The notes: generated from the sequence alone by a model not told the origin. A stretch of 64,000 bases of DNA from Candidatus Hydrothermales bacterium (GCA_039630575.1 JBCNUW010000004.1:32001-96000); one strand, 5' to 3'. Positions 29,872 through 41,239 are shown, numbered from the stretch's first letter. A program made the numbers and translations.

Positions 29872-32800
29872 TTATTCAACTAAACTCTCAACGCTTTTTT
29901 CTCCGAAAAGCTCGTTTATTTCATTAAAAAAATCTTCATTAAATGGAACCTTATACAAAAGAGATTTATATAGCCTTTTTTTATCTCCTAAATTTAAAGA
30001 GAAATATAAATCGAATTTCCCCCTATATTTATTTATTGTTTCTTTTAATTTCTTTATTTTATCTTCATTTAAATCTGAGTGATTTAATTTCACCACGATT
30101 CCCTTTAACTTTCTTAAAATTGCTTCCTTAATTGGTAAAATTTCTTTAACTATTACTCTTGAAGAACCTTGTAAAACCTCACCCTCTAAGTAAAAGGGCT
30201 CTAATTTCTTTATAAACTTTTCAACTTTACTTTTTAAATCTTCAAATAAAATGACTTCAAAGGAACCTTCAAAATCTTCAAAATGTAAAATATAATAATT
30301 TTTTCTGTCACTGCTAACCTTTGTTTCAATTTTATTTAAAGCCCCACACATTCTTACATTTTTAAACTCAACATCCTCCTCTAAAAGATCCATCGATGTA
30401 TGAGTTGAAAGAACTTGTACAAAATCTAAATAGGGATCTAAGGGATGGTTTTTAAAATATAAATTAAGAACCTCCCTCTCCCACTCCATAACTTTAATAG
30501 GGTCTCTTTCTTTTAAGTTATCACTTTTCGCGAATTTAAAAAGAGAGGGTGCTTCCTTTGTTTGGAATCTATTTTCAAAGAGATTCATTAATTTTTCTCT
30601 GTCAGGCTCAAACACATCAAAGGCTCCAGCCTTTATTAAAGCTTCGATCACTTTTCTTGTAACCTTTTTTGAACTTGCCCTTTTAACAAAATCATCAAAA
30701 GATAAAAAAGCTCTTTGATTTCTTAATTGAATAATATGCTCACAAGCTTGAATACCAACATTTTTGATTCCTAAAAGTCCATACCTTATTTTATTTTCAT
30801 CTTCAACTTTAAAAAGCTTATCGGATTTCAAAATACAAACAGGTAAGATCTCTACACCATCTTTTTTTGCTAATTGAACAAAATATGAGAGTTTTTCAAT
30901 CTTGTTTATCTCACCATTTAAAAGTGCTGTGTAGAACTCTGTTTTAAAATTTGCCTTCAAGTAAGCAGTAATATACGAGAGAAGAGCATAACCAGTGGAG
31001 TGAGATTTATTAAAAGCATACCTTGCGAAAGAATAGATTTTATAAGCCATATCTCTTGCCATTTCTTCCTGAATACCTCTTTCAACCATACCATCAACAA
31101 ACTCTTTCATAATACTCTCACTCATAAGCTCTTCCTTTTTCTTTCCCATTGCCTTTCTCAATATATCTGCCTTTGCAAAGGAAAAACCAGCTAACTCATG
31201 GGCTATGAGCATAACCTGTTCCTGATAAACAACAAGTCCAAAGGTCTCCTTTAAAATTTTCTCGAGTTTATCATGAGGATAACTAATAGGAACAAGACCT
31301 TTTTTCCTCTTTACATACTCCTCTGTTGTTCCTGCCCCAAGAGGCCCAGGTCTGTATAAAGAAAGTATGGCAATAAGATCCTTAAAATCGTCAGGTTTTA
31401 ATCTCTTTAGTAGCTCCCTCATTCCCCTTGATTCAAGCTGAAAAACTCCCTGTGTTTTACCTTTTGATAGAATCTCAAAAGTTTTTTTATCATCAAGGGG
31501 TAAGTTGTAAGGATCTATGATAATATTTTTTTCGCTTAACATTTTTAACGTTTCCTCGATAACAGTTAAGGTTTTAAGTCCTAAGATATCTATTTTTAAA
31601 AGTCCAACAGATTCAAGAGAATTCATCTCATACTGGGAGCATACTGTTCCTTTAGAATCAGAGTAAAGTGGAACATAATCTGTAATTTCTGAAGGAGCAA
31701 CAACCACACCAGCAGCATGAACTGAAGCATGTCTTGCGAGTCCCTCAGCTTTTTTTGCATATTCAAAAATTTTTCTATAATCTTCATTTTCATCTATCAA
31801 TTTTTTAAAAACTGGATTCTCCGAATATGTTTCTGATAAAGTACTTTCAGTACACTCCCTAGCGAGTCTATCAACATATGAGTAATCGTAACCTAAGACT
31901 CTTCCCATATCCCTTATGGATTGTCTTGCTTTCATTCTTCCAAAGGTAATTATCTGAGAAACATTCTGTTCACCATATTTTCTTTTTATATAGGATATAA
32001 CCTCATCTCTCTTTTCGTCTCCAAAATCAATATCCACATCTGGTGGAGAAATTCTTTCTGGATTTAAAAATCTCTCAAAAAGCAAATCATATTTAATAGG
32101 ATCTATATTTGTAACTCCTAGTGAATATAAAACAAGCGACGAAACAGCTGACCCTCTTCCCGGTCCCACTGGAATTCCCTTACTCTTCGCAAAATCTACA
32201 ATATCTTTTATAATCAAAAAATACCCTCCAAAATTAAGCTTTTTAATTATTTCAAGCTCCCTTTCCAATCTATCAATATACTTTTTCTTTACCTCACCTT
32301 TAAACTTTTCATTTAAACCCTTATAACTAAGATACTTTAGATATTCAAAAGTATCATCAAAATCATGTGGAATTTGAATTTTTGGAAGATAAAAACCTTT
32401 ATCCAATTTAAGTTCTAAATCTATGGTCTCAGCAATTCTAACTGTATTTAATAATGCTTTTTCATCGTAACTAAATATTTCTCTCATCTCCTTTTCAGTT
32501 TTAAAGTAAACCTCCTTAGTTTTAAATTTAAACCTATCCTCTTCCTTCAAAGTCTTTCCAGTTTGAAGAGCTAAAATTGCTTCATGAAAGTTATGCTCAT
32601 CTTTTTCAACATAATGAACATCATTTGTTGCCACATATAAAAGATCATATTTTTTTGCTAAACTGTAAAGAAATTCATTTACTATTATATTTTCTTCAAG
32701 ATTTAGATCCATAAGTTCAATCACACAATTTTCTCTTCCAAATATATCTAAGTAAGTTTTTAAAAGTTTCTCCGCTTCATCTTTTCTATCCTGTAAAATC

Positions 32801-33237
32801 AGATGTGGAATCTCACCTTTAATACAACCTGTCATAAATATAAGACCCTCCGAATAAGTTTTAAGGAGTTCTCTATCTATCCTTGGTTTATAATAAAACC
32901 CTTCTAAATAACCCAAAGAAGAAAGTTTCATTAAATTTTTATAACCCCTATAATCTCTTACAAGTAAGGTTACATGGTTATAAGGATCGTATCCAATCGA
33001 AGCTACCTTTTCTTTCCTTGATCGTGCTATATAGAGTTCAGCTCCAATTATTGGTTTTATATTTCTTTCTTTTGCTTTTTTATAAAACTCTATTACTCCG
33101 AACAGGGCTCCATGATCAGTAATGGCACAGGCAAACATATTATTCTCTAAACACTTATCTAAAAGCCGATCTATAGGAGAAATACCATCTAAAAGGGAAT
33201 ATTCGGTATGAACATGGAGATGAACAAAATTACTCAT
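29872..33237 (-). CDS. dnaE: DNA polymerase III alpha subunit
   Basis: HLHVHTEYSLLDG, GPGRGS, PDVDIDF, FNKSHS. Confidence 0.97.
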   Translation of the reverse strand: MSNFVHLHVHTEYSLLDGISPIDRLLDKCLENNMFACAITDHGALFGVIEFYKKAKERNIKPIIGAELYIARSRKEKVASIGYDPYNHVTLLVRDYRGYKNLMKLSSLGYLEGFYYKPRIDRELLKTYSEGLIFMTGCIKGEIPHLILQDRKDEAEKLLKTYLDIFGRENCVIELMDLNLEENIIVNEFLYSLAKKYDLLYVATNDVHYVEKDEHNFHEAILALQTGKTLKEEDRFKFKTKEVYFKTEKEMREIFSYDEKALLNTVRIAETIDLELKLDKGFYLPKIQIPHDFDDTFEYLKYLSYKGLNEKFKGEVKKKYIDRLERELEIIKKLNFGGYFLIIKDIVDFAKSKGIPVGPGRGSAVSSLVLYSLGVTNIDPIKYDLLFERFLNPERISPPDVDIDFGDEKRDEVISYIKRKYGEQNVSQIITFGRMKARQSIRDMGRVLGYDYSYVDRLARECTESTLSETYSENPVFKKLIDENEDYRKIFEYAKKAEGLARHASVHAAGVVVAPSEITDYVPLYSDSKGTVCSQYEMNSLESVGLLKIDILGLKTLTVIEETLKMLSEKNIIIDPYNLPLDDKKTFEILSKGKTQGVFQLESRGMRELLKRLKPDDFKDLIAILSLYRPGPLGAGTTEEYVKRKKGLVPISYPHDKLEKILKETFGLVVYQEQVMLIAHELAGFSFAKADILRKAMGKKKEELMSESIMKEFVDGMVERGIQEEMARDMAYKIYSFARYAFNKSHSTGYALLSYITAYLKANFKTEFYTALLNGEINKIEKLSYFVQLAKKDGVEILPVCILKSDKLFKVEDENKIRYGLLGIKNVGIQACEHIIQLRNQRAFLSFDDFVKRASSKKVTRKVIEALIKAGAFDVFEPDREKLMNLFENRFQTKEAPSLFKFAKSDNLKERDPIKVMEWEREVLNLYFKNHPLDPYLDFVQVLSTHTSMDLLEEDVEFKNVRMCGALNKIETKVSSDRKNYYILHFEDFEGSFEVILFEDLKSKVEKFIKKLEPFYLEGEVLQGSSRVIVKEILPIKEAILRKLKGIVVKLNHSDLNEDKIKKLKETINKYRGKFDLYFSLNLGDKKRLYKSLLYKVPFNEDFFNEINELFGEKSVESLVE

Positions 33238-33853
33238 TTCTTTTTATTATCACTCTCCTTCCTTCTATTTTTAATCGTCCTTCGGCATAGAGTTTAATAG
33301 CCTCAGAGTAAATTTTATGCTCTTCCTTGAGTATTCTTTCAGCAAGTGACTCAGGGGTATCATCGTCAAAAACTGGAACACACCTTTGAAGAATTATAGG
33401 TCCTCCATCAACAGTTTCATCTACAAAGTGAACAGTACAGCCCGATACCTTAACGCCATACTCTACTGCTTGCCTTTGTGCTTCAAGACCTTTAAAGGAA
33501 GGTAATAGAGAGGGATGGATATTCATTATTCTGTTTCTAAACTCTCTTAAAAGGGCTCCTTTTAAAATTCTCATAAATCCAGCAAGTACAACAAGTTCAA
33601 CACTTTCTTCCTTTAAAACTCTTGCATATTCTTCCTCCCTTTCTGGTTCTAAAGTATGTTTTCTTTTACCAGGGTCAAGATACAAAGCTTTGACTCCATA
33701 CTTTTCTGCTATTTTAAGTACTGGTGCATTAATATTATCAGATATCACAATTTTCATTTCGCAGGGAAGTAAACCCTCTTTTATATTCTTTAAAATTGCC
33801 TCTACATTTGAGCCCCTTCCGGAGGCAAGAGCTCCTATTTTTAAGGTCTTCAT
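33230..33853 (-). CDS. purN: Phosphoribosylglycinamide formyltransferase
   Basis: SGRGSN, LAGFMRIL, NIHPSLLP, GCTVH. Confidence 0.96.
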   Translation of the reverse strand: MKTLKIGALASGRGSNVEAILKNIKEGLLPCEMKIVISDNINAPVLKIAEKYGVKALYLDPGKRKHTLEPEREEEYARVLKEESVELVVLAGFMRILKGALLREFRNRIMNIHPSLLPSFKGLEAQRQAVEYGVKVSGCTVHFVDETVDGGPIILQRCVPVFDDDTPESLAERILKEEHKIYSEAIKLYAEGRLKIEGRRVIIKRNE

Positions 33854-34800
33854 TTTAATTCAAAGAGAACTCCTAAATCAGGCTCTGTATAAATGAAAGC
33901 TAAATTTTTTAGGACTCGAACAATAGCCAAATAAGGTAAATCACTTATTTCCTTAGACTTTTTATACTTTGGAAGCCTTAAATCAAAATCACTTTCCTTT
34001 AAAAAGTCCGCATCAAGATGCTGAATACAAAAACTTTTAAATAAATTAGGTACTTCTTCTTTGTTATTATTAATATAATCAAGTGCTAAATCCCATACTT
34101 CCCTAAATCTCTCCATTGCCTTTCTGTTGTAAGCTAAGGTAACCTTAGAGCATAAAACACTTCCGATTACAAAATTTTCTCCAAAAAAATCTTTAAATAC
34201 GTCCTCTATTAAAATATTTGCTTTGTTTTTAACAAAATATTCTTTAATAGGGTAATATATGAGCACAGCACCCTCACTCACTTGAGGCATAACTGTTGTG
34301 TATTCAAGAAAATTATTTAAGTTAAAGGCATAATTCTCAACAAGTTTTCTACCGACCACTCTTCCTTCCATCCTTTGAGAAGGTGCGTAAAATGGAAAAT
34401 TTTTTATATCGTCTATCTTTTTTAACTTTCCGAAACCAAAAATTGAAGCATAAGAGAAATCCTCATCAACAGTAACATCGGCAATTATTCTATAATTATC
34501 AATTTCTTCCCTTTCTCTTATGAATAAATCAACAGAGGGAAAACCAACAACTATATCAACTTTTCCCCTTTTTAAATTATCAAGAAGCTCATAAGAGTAA
34601 GATTTAATTACTTCTGGTTCTAACTTAAGTTTTTCAAAAATTTTCTTCTCAAGCGCAACAAAAAGTGGAAAACTTGCAACCGATGGGAAATAGGCAATCT
34701 TTACCTTAACTGTTTTGCCTCTTTGTATCAAAGGGTATTGAATTATATAAACAAGAACAAGAAACAATATAAAATTTAAAAGGTAAAATATTTTTTTCAT
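33850..34800 (-). CDS. ABC transporter substrate-binding protein (NMT1/SsuA-like)
   Basis: N-terminal TM anchor, PLFVALEK, GKVD. Confidence 0.65.
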   Translation of the reverse strand: MKKIFYLLNFILFLVLVYIIQYPLIQRGKTVKVKIAYFPSVASFPLFVALEKKIFEKLKLEPEVIKSYSYELLDNLKRGKVDIVVGFPSVDLFIREREEIDNYRIIADVTVDEDFSYASIFGFGKLKKIDDIKNFPFYAPSQRMEGRVVGRKLVENYAFNLNNFLEYTTVMPQVSEGAVLIYYPIKEYFVKNKANILIEDVFKDFFGENFVIGSVLCSKVTLAYNRKAMERFREVWDLALDYINNNKEEVPNLFKSFCIQHLDADFLKESDFDLRLPKYKKSKEISDLPYLAIVRVLKNLAFIYTEPDLGVLFELK

Positions 34801-34815
34801 TTTCTTTTAATTTTT

Positions 34816-34832
34816 AAAGGCTTTGAACCCTT
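34816..34832 (-). promoter_or_regulatory. T-arm-like leader hairpin, copy 5
   Basis: AAGGG-TTCAAAG-CCTTT; core ends 18 nt before ATG 34800; TTGATA-18-TAAAAT ends 8 nt upstream. Confidence 0.65.
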
Positions 34833-34895
34833 TTATGATTTTAAATCAATTTGAAGTTTATTATCAAATCCTTTATAATTTAAACTTTATAAATA

Positions 34896-35585
34896 ATGAA
34901 GAGAGAATTTTGTGTAATTGGAATTGGAAGATTTGGAAGACTACTCATAGAGTATCTTACCAAACTGGGAGCTAAAGTTGTTGCTGTCGATAAGAATGAA
35001 GAAAAGGTTCTTTCTGTTCAAGAATTTGTTTTTGAATCATACGTAATGGATACAACTAATGAAAAAGCACTTAAAACGCTTGATATTAAAGATTTTGATG
35101 CTATACTCGTCACAATTACAAGTAATATTGAGTCTAGCATACTAACCTGTGTAATTCTAAAAGAGATGGGAGCAAGGAGGATAATAGCAAGGGTAAGAGA
35201 CGAGTTACATTTTAAAATCCTCGATAAACTTGGTATTTCAAATATAATTTTTCCTGAAAAGGCGATGGCTGAAAAAATTGCAAAAAACCTAGTCTCTCCA
35301 GGTCTTCTTGAAATAATTGAAGTATCCGATAAATATGTGCTTGAAGAAAGAGCTTCTTTACCTATATTTTCAAACAAAAAATTATCAGAATTAGAATTCC
35401 GATCAAAATTCGGTGTAAACATAATCGCGATAAAAAGGAAAATTCCGGAAGTCAATGAAAGGGGGAAAACTATTATAAAAGATGAAATAATAATCGGCCC
35501 TGGTGGAGACGAAGAGATAAAAGACGGAGATATACTTTTTGTTTTAGGTGAAAAGGAAAAAGTTGAAAACCTTTTTTCAAAATGA
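34896..35585 (+). CDS. TrkA/KtrA potassium uptake regulatory subunit
   Basis: GIGRFG RCK_N, FPEK, RCK_C domain. Confidence 0.9.
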   Translation: MKREFCVIGIGRFGRLLIEYLTKLGAKVVAVDKNEEKVLSVQEFVFESYVMDTTNEKALKTLDIKDFDAILVTITSNIESSILTCVILKEMGARRIIARVRDELHFKILDKLGISNIIFPEKAMAEKIAKNLVSPGLLEIIEVSDKYVLEERASLPIFSNKKLSELEFRSKFGVNIIAIKRKIPEVNERGKTIIKDEIIIGPGGDEEIKDGDILFVLGEKEKVENLFSK

Positions 35586-35830
35586 AAGAAGATTTACTCG
35601 ATCAAGCTAAACTTTTGATTCTTTCACAAAATTATAGAAAAGCTAAGGAAATTCTTGAAAAACTTTATAAGAATAATCCATCTGACACCGAGATAATGTA
35701 TCACCTTGCTCTTGTTAAGGAAATTCTCTATGAAAGGGAAGAAGCAATAATTCTTTACAAAAAAATATTAGAAGTAATTCCTGATCATAAAGAAGCAAAA
35801 GAAAGACTTCAAAAGATCATGGAAGAATAG
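35582..35830 (+). CDS. Small TPR protein
   Basis: Two TPR-like helix pairs. Confidence 0.7.
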   Translation: MKEDLLDQAKLLILSQNYRKAKEILEKLYKNNPSDTEIMYHLALVKEILYEREEAIILYKKILEVIPDHKEAKERLQKIMEE

Positions 35831-38398
35831 ATGAATTTACTTAATTTACTGAGTCAAGCAAAGAGTATAAACGATTTAATCGGAAATTTAAAAATTTATT
35901 TAGAGGAAACCCTTTCATCTGAGGTAAATCTTATAGATACAGAAAAAATTAAGGATATACTTAATGTAGCAGATCTAAAGAAAATATTGATAGATAAAGA
36001 AAAAGTTATTAAAAATGAAAAAGTCTATATTCCACTTAAAGATGAGGAAAAAATTTATACAATCATTTCTTTCCAAAAAAAAGAGAGTGAAAAAATTGAG
36101 GAAATTGAAAATATATTAACTCTCACAAGTGTTTTTCTTAAAAATTATAGGCTCTTTGAAGATGCAAAAAATGAAATTTTTAAGTTAAATTTTCTCTTTA
36201 ACTTCCATAGATCCCTTGAATCACAAATAAAGGAAAATATAGAAAACTCCCTTAAAGAACTTTCATATCTTTTAAACTTAAAGGGACTTTACTTTAAATC
36301 AAAAAATCTTTTAATCAAAATAGGATCTTTAGACAAATTAGATGATGAAAAATTATATAAAACTTTACCTAGTTTTGAAACTAAGGGAGAATATTTAGAG
36401 TTTGATGAATTAAAACTCTTTTGTTTTTTAAAGGAAAAAACAATTTTACTTGCTGAAAAGGAATATCTATTTGAGGATGAGAGGGAGTTTTTAATTTCTA
36501 TTTTAGAACTAACAGAAGAATGGTATGAAGAAAAACTCCCCGTATCTTATGAGCTGTTAGATAAGGTAATACACTTAGAACTCAACGATTCTTTAAAATT
36601 CCTTAAAAACTTTCTTAATGAAAAGTTTAATCTGAAAGAATGTGAAATTTATATAAAAGAAGATGAAAAGTATAAGTCTATAGCAGAAAGAATTAACTTT
36701 GAGGAAAGGGAAGATTTAAATTTTTATAAATTAAAAGGTAGACAAGGTGAATATTTAATCTCCTTTACTGGAGAAAAAAAAGAAATTCCCTTAAACTTAC
36801 TTTCAATTATTTTAGACCTTTTAACAATTAAAAGGAAAAATGAGGAATTAGATAAGCTTAAAAGAGTGTTAATAAGAATTATGGAAGTTATTACCCATAT
36901 TGAAAACATAGATGAAATTCTTTATCACGTTTGCTTTATTATAAAAGAAGAATTAGATATAGTTTATGCTGGATTTCTTTTAAGGGAAGAAGAAGATTAT
37001 CTTAGAATGAAGGTTGGTATTGGTTATGAGGATTATGAGAAACTTTTAAAAAGAAAGTTAAAAATTGGACTTGAAGGTTTATCAGGATTTGCAGCACATA
37101 CAAAAGAGATTGTATACTCACCTGATGTTTCAAAGGATGCAAGGTATATTCCAGCCTCTCCTATTGTGAAATCAGAGGTTGCATTACCAATGATTGTTGA
37201 TAATAAAGTGATAGGTGTGATGATTATATCATCACCAAAAATAGATGGCTTTTCAAAAGAAGACATAGAGACATTTGAAAAAATATCAAAATTTGCTTCT
37301 TACTTTCTTAAATATAGGAAAATCATTGATGAACTTAAAAAAAATTTATCTTCATTAAAGGAAGAGGAAGAGTTTATAGATGTGATTCTTAAAAACATCC
37401 CTATAGGAATAATCTATGCTGAAAGAGATCTCTATATAAAAAGAGTTAATTATGCAGCTATTTATACTTTAAAACTAAAAGAAGAGGAAATAAAGGGAAC
37501 AATTTTATGTAAGATTTTTGAAGAACATGAACCTGGAGATCCTAATTGCATATTTAAAAAAAGTTTAGAGGAAAGGATACCTTTAGTAAAGAGAAATGTT
37601 GAAGTAAAAAAAGGTGAAGAAGTTTTACCTCTTTCTCTTTCCTCAACTTTTATATATGAAAAAGAAAAAATAAAGGGACTCATACTCATGATTGAGGATA
37701 TAAAGGAGGTAGTTGCTTTAGAAGAACAGCTTAGAAGGTCAGAAAGACTTTCAGCAATTGGTAGAATAGCAGCACATATGGCTCATGAAATTAAAAATCC
37801 TCTTGCAAGTATCTCTGTTGGAATAGAATACATTTACTCAAGTTTAGAAGAAGATGATCCTAAGAAAAAGCACCTTGGGGTAATATTGAAAGAAATATCA
37901 AGGCTTGATAGGTTAATAAAAAACCTTCTTTCTTTTGCAAGAAGACCCCCCTTAAAGAGAAAAAGAGTAAATTTAAGAGACATGATAGAGGAACTTGCGA
38001 TATTTTTCGGTCAGGAATTAAAAGAAAAGAAAATAGAGCTAGATTTAAGCTTACCAGAATATGATACTATTGCTTTTGTTGATGAAGATCAGATGAAAGA
38101 GGTAATGGAAAACTTAATTAGAAACGCAATTGAGGCAATGCCAGACGGGGGGAAATTAGCTATATCTTTAGGAGAAAAGAAAGGAGGAACAATTTTTATT
38201 ACTGTTGAGGATACAGGAGTTGGAGTAGAGCCTTCTGAATTAGCTCACATTTTTGAGCCCTTTTATACTACTAAAAAGGGTGGTTCAGGACTAGGACTTT
38301 CAATTGTACATAGAATATTGGAGGACCATGGAGCCAAGATAAACGTAGAAAGCGAAAAGGGGAAAGGTACGAAATTTTTAATTGATTTACCAAAATAA
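35831..38398 (+). CDS. Cytoplasmic GAF-PAS sensor histidine kinase
   Basis: DVSKDARY/SEVALP GAF; HEIKNPL; NAIEA, DTG, GSGLGL. Confidence 0.92.
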   Translation: MNLLNLLSQAKSINDLIGNLKIYLEETLSSEVNLIDTEKIKDILNVADLKKILIDKEKVIKNEKVYIPLKDEEKIYTIISFQKKESEKIEEIENILTLTSVFLKNYRLFEDAKNEIFKLNFLFNFHRSLESQIKENIENSLKELSYLLNLKGLYFKSKNLLIKIGSLDKLDDEKLYKTLPSFETKGEYLEFDELKLFCFLKEKTILLAEKEYLFEDEREFLISILELTEEWYEEKLPVSYELLDKVIHLELNDSLKFLKNFLNEKFNLKECEIYIKEDEKYKSIAERINFEEREDLNFYKLKGRQGEYLISFTGEKKEIPLNLLSIILDLLTIKRKNEELDKLKRVLIRIMEVITHIENIDEILYHVCFIIKEELDIVYAGFLLREEEDYLRMKVGIGYEDYEKLLKRKLKIGLEGLSGFAAHTKEIVYSPDVSKDARYIPASPIVKSEVALPMIVDNKVIGVMIISSPKIDGFSKEDIETFEKISKFASYFLKYRKIIDELKKNLSSLKEEEEFIDVILKNIPIGIIYAERDLYIKRVNYAAIYTLKLKEEEIKGTILCKIFEEHEPGDPNCIFKKSLEERIPLVKRNVEVKKGEEVLPLSLSSTFIYEKEKIKGLILMIEDIKEVVALEEQLRRSERLSAIGRIAAHMAHEIKNPLASISVGIEYIYSSLEEDDPKKKHLGVILKEISRLDRLIKNLLSFARRPPLKRKRVNLRDMIEELAIFFGQELKEKKIELDLSLPEYDTIAFVDEDQMKEVMENLIRNAIEAMPDGGKLAISLGEKKGGTIFITVEDTGVGVEPSELAHIFEPFYTTKKGGSGLGLSIVHRILEDHGAKINVESEKGKGTKFLIDLPK

Positions 38399-38424
38399 AG
38401 AGCTTAAAATATAAGTATTAAATT

Positions 38425-39912
38425 ATGAAAGAAGAAAAATGGAGAATACTTGTAGTAGATGATGAAGAGACTTTAGCAAATTTCATTGTAAAGAATATTA
38501 CTCAGGATAACTTGGATTATGAGGTGAGGGTAGCAAACAGCGGAAATGATGCCTTGAAAATAATTGAGGGTTTTTTACCTCATTTAATTCTTCAGGATAT
38601 AAAACTGCCTGACATTACGGGAATTGAAATTTTAAAAGCTGCTAAGGCTTTAGATCCTGATGTTCAAGTTATAATGATGACAGCTTACGCTTCTCTTGAG
38701 ACTTCTATTGAAGCTTTAAAGGCTGGTGCCTACGATTATCTTATAAAACCCTTTAAAGTTGAGACACTTAAAAATACTATAAAAAACGCTCTTGGTAAAA
38801 GAAAATTGCAAGAGGAAAATAAAAAACTTTTAAGTGAACTTGCAAGATTAAATAAAGAGTTAACGATAGCAAATGAGAGGTTAAAAATTGCAAAAGCTGA
38901 TGTAGATAGAAAACTTGAGGAAAAAATTAAAAAACTTTCAAAAATTCTTTCTTGGAGTGACAAACTTCAATCGGAAATTAATTTTGAGAAACTTTTATCC
39001 CTAATTTTAAAAGGGGTAATGGAGGTAGCAGAAAAACAGGATTGTGCGATTCTTATTAAAGAAAACGGCAGTTTTGAAGTGAATGAAGTATACGGTTTTG
39101 ATAATGTTATTAAAAAAGAAGATAAGTTAAGCCTGGAAAATGAAAAGGAAAGTTATATTATTAAATATAAGGAGGGTGAAATTAGAGAAATTATAGTTAT
39201 CCCGATGGAGACAAAGGAGGAGTTAATAGGTGTTTTGATTGTTGGAAATAGAACTACGGAGAACTTAGAAGAAATAAAAGAGGAACTTTTAATATTTGCG
39301 AAACAAGCAGCTTCTTCACTTCAAAATGCTCTTTTATTTAAAAAACTTGAGAGGAGCTATATAGAGTCACTTATGGCACTTGTAAGAGCAACAGAGGCAA
39401 AGGATCCATCTTTAAGGGGACACTCACAAAGAGTCTCGGATCTTGCTGTTAGACTCTCAAAGAAATTTAATCTCTCAGAAGAGGAAATTAAAAACATAAG
39501 GTATGCTGCTTTACTTCACGATGTGGGTAAGATTGGTATAAAGGAATATTTACTTGATAAGCCTGGAACACTCTCACGAGAGGAAATGGAGTTAATGAAA
39601 GAGCATATAAATATAGGTATTGAAATTTTAAAACCTGTTGCCTTTTTAAAACAAGTTTTACCATTAATAAAATATCATCATGAAAACTGGGATGGTTCTG
39701 GATACCCCGAGCAGCTAAAAGGAGAGGAAATTCCGTTAGGTTCTCAAATTATATCCATATGTGATGCCTACGATGCAATTACTCATGAAAGAAGTTACGC
39801 TGATAAATTGAGTAAAAAGGAGGCAATGGAACTTTTAAAAAATTTAAAGGGAAATAAATTTAATCCAATAGTTGTAGATAAATTTATAGAGTTATTGGAG
39901 GAAACTTTATGA
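38425..39912 (+). CDS. Response regulator with GAF-like and HD-GYP domains
   Basis: VVDDE REC domain; HDVGK; HHENWDGSGYP. Confidence 0.92.
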   Translation: MKEEKWRILVVDDEETLANFIVKNITQDNLDYEVRVANSGNDALKIIEGFLPHLILQDIKLPDITGIEILKAAKALDPDVQVIMMTAYASLETSIEALKAGAYDYLIKPFKVETLKNTIKNALGKRKLQEENKKLLSELARLNKELTIANERLKIAKADVDRKLEEKIKKLSKILSWSDKLQSEINFEKLLSLILKGVMEVAEKQDCAILIKENGSFEVNEVYGFDNVIKKEDKLSLENEKESYIIKYKEGEIREIIVIPMETKEELIGVLIVGNRTTENLEEIKEELLIFAKQAASSLQNALLFKKLERSYIESLMALVRATEAKDPSLRGHSQRVSDLAVRLSKKFNLSEEEIKNIRYAALLHDVGKIGIKEYLLDKPGTLSREEMELMKEHINIGIEILKPVAFLKQVLPLIKYHHENWDGSGYPEQLKGEEIPLGSQIISICDAYDAITHERSYADKLSKKEAMELLKNLKGNKFNPIVVDKFIELLEETL

Positions 39913-40277
39913 AAAGAATAAAAATTTTAGTTGTTGAGGATGAAGGACCTTTGTCCTTTTTTGTAACCCAGAGTTTAAAAGAGGAACATGACGTTATTCT
40001 AGCAAGAACAGGAGAGGAGGCTCTAGAAAAATTCGCTCCAGGAGAGTTTGATCTAATAATAACTGACATAAAATTGCCAGGAATGTCAGGGCTTGAATTA
40101 CTTTCAAAAATCCAATTACAGGATCCTAATATAAAATCTATTGTAGTAACAGCCTATGATTCATTCGAAACAAGGGAAAAGGTTAAAAACTTAAATGCAG
40201 ATTTTTTCCTTCCAAAACCATTTACAGTCCAAACTTTAAGAGAAGCTATAAAAAAATTATTCAAAGAAGAAAATTGA
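39909..40277 (+). CDS. Single-domain response regulator
   Basis: VEDE, TDIKLPGMSG, KPF. Confidence 0.9.
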   Translation: MKRIKILVVEDEGPLSFFVTQSLKEEHDVILARTGEEALEKFAPGEFDLIITDIKLPGMSGLELLSKIQLQDPNIKSIVVTAYDSFETREKVKNLNADFFLPKPFTVQTLREAIKKLFKEEN

Positions 40278-40310
40278 AAAAAAATAATTTAGAAATTATA
40301 ATTAAAAATA

Positions 40311-40383
<73 letters not shown>

Positions 40384-40396
40384 TTCCAATTTCTCT

Positions 40397-41239
40397 TTGA
40401 TCTTTTCCTTTAAAGAAGGTTTTATTAACCTTGATAAACCAAAAATTATGGGAATTTTGAATGTGACTCCAGATTCCTTTTTTGATGGTGGAAAATTTTT
40501 AGATGTTGATAAAGCTGTGGAATGGGGAAAGTATTTATCAAAGAATGGTGCTGACATCTTGGATATTGGGGGTGAATCTACAAGGCCATTTTCAGAAGAA
40601 GTGCCAATTGAAATTGAACTAAAAAGAGTAATACCTGTTATTGAAAAATTAAGAAAAGAAATAGACGTACCAATTTCAATTGATACAAGAAAATCAAAAG
40701 TAGCTTTAGAAGCCTTAAAAAAGGGTGCTAACATAGTAAATGATATATCAGGACTAAGAGATGATAAAGAAATGGTAGAGGTTGTTAAGAAATTTGATGC
40801 AGGTATTGTAATAATGCATATTAGGGGAACACCTAAGGATATGCAAATTGATCCCCATTATAAAGACACAGTTAAAGAAATAAAGGAAGAGCTAAAAGAA
40901 AAAATAAACTATGCCTTAGAGAAAGGTATTAAAAGAGAAAAAATAGTTATTGATCCTGGAATAGGTTTTGGTAAAAGAGTAGTTGATAATCTTTTAATTT
41001 TAAAAAAAATTGAAGAGTTTAAAGAACTTAACTTTCCTATATTAGTTGGTCATTCAAGAAAATCCTTTATAGGTAAAGTTTTAAACTTAGATAAACCTGA
41101 AGATAGGGGAATTCCAACACTTGCTATTTCAGCCTATTTATTTTTAAAAAATATAAATATTTTAAGAGTTCATGATGTGAAAGAAACAAAGGAAGTTTTC
41201 ATAATTTTAGATGCCCTTTTAAATCCTGATGGGCATTAA
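40397..41239 (+). CDS. folP: Dihydropteroate synthase
   Basis: NVTPDSF, GGESTRP, DPGIGFGK, SRKS, RVHDV. Confidence 0.95.
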   Translation: MIFSFKEGFINLDKPKIMGILNVTPDSFFDGGKFLDVDKAVEWGKYLSKNGADILDIGGESTRPFSEEVPIEIELKRVIPVIEKLRKEIDVPISIDTRKSKVALEALKKGANIVNDISGLRDDKEMVEVVKKFDAGIVIMHIRGTPKDMQIDPHYKDTVKEIKEELKEKINYALEKGIKREKIVIDPGIGFGKRVVDNLLILKKIEEFKELNFPILVGHSRKSFIGKVLNLDKPEDRGIPTLAISAYLFLKNINILRVHDVKETKEVFIILDALLNPDGH

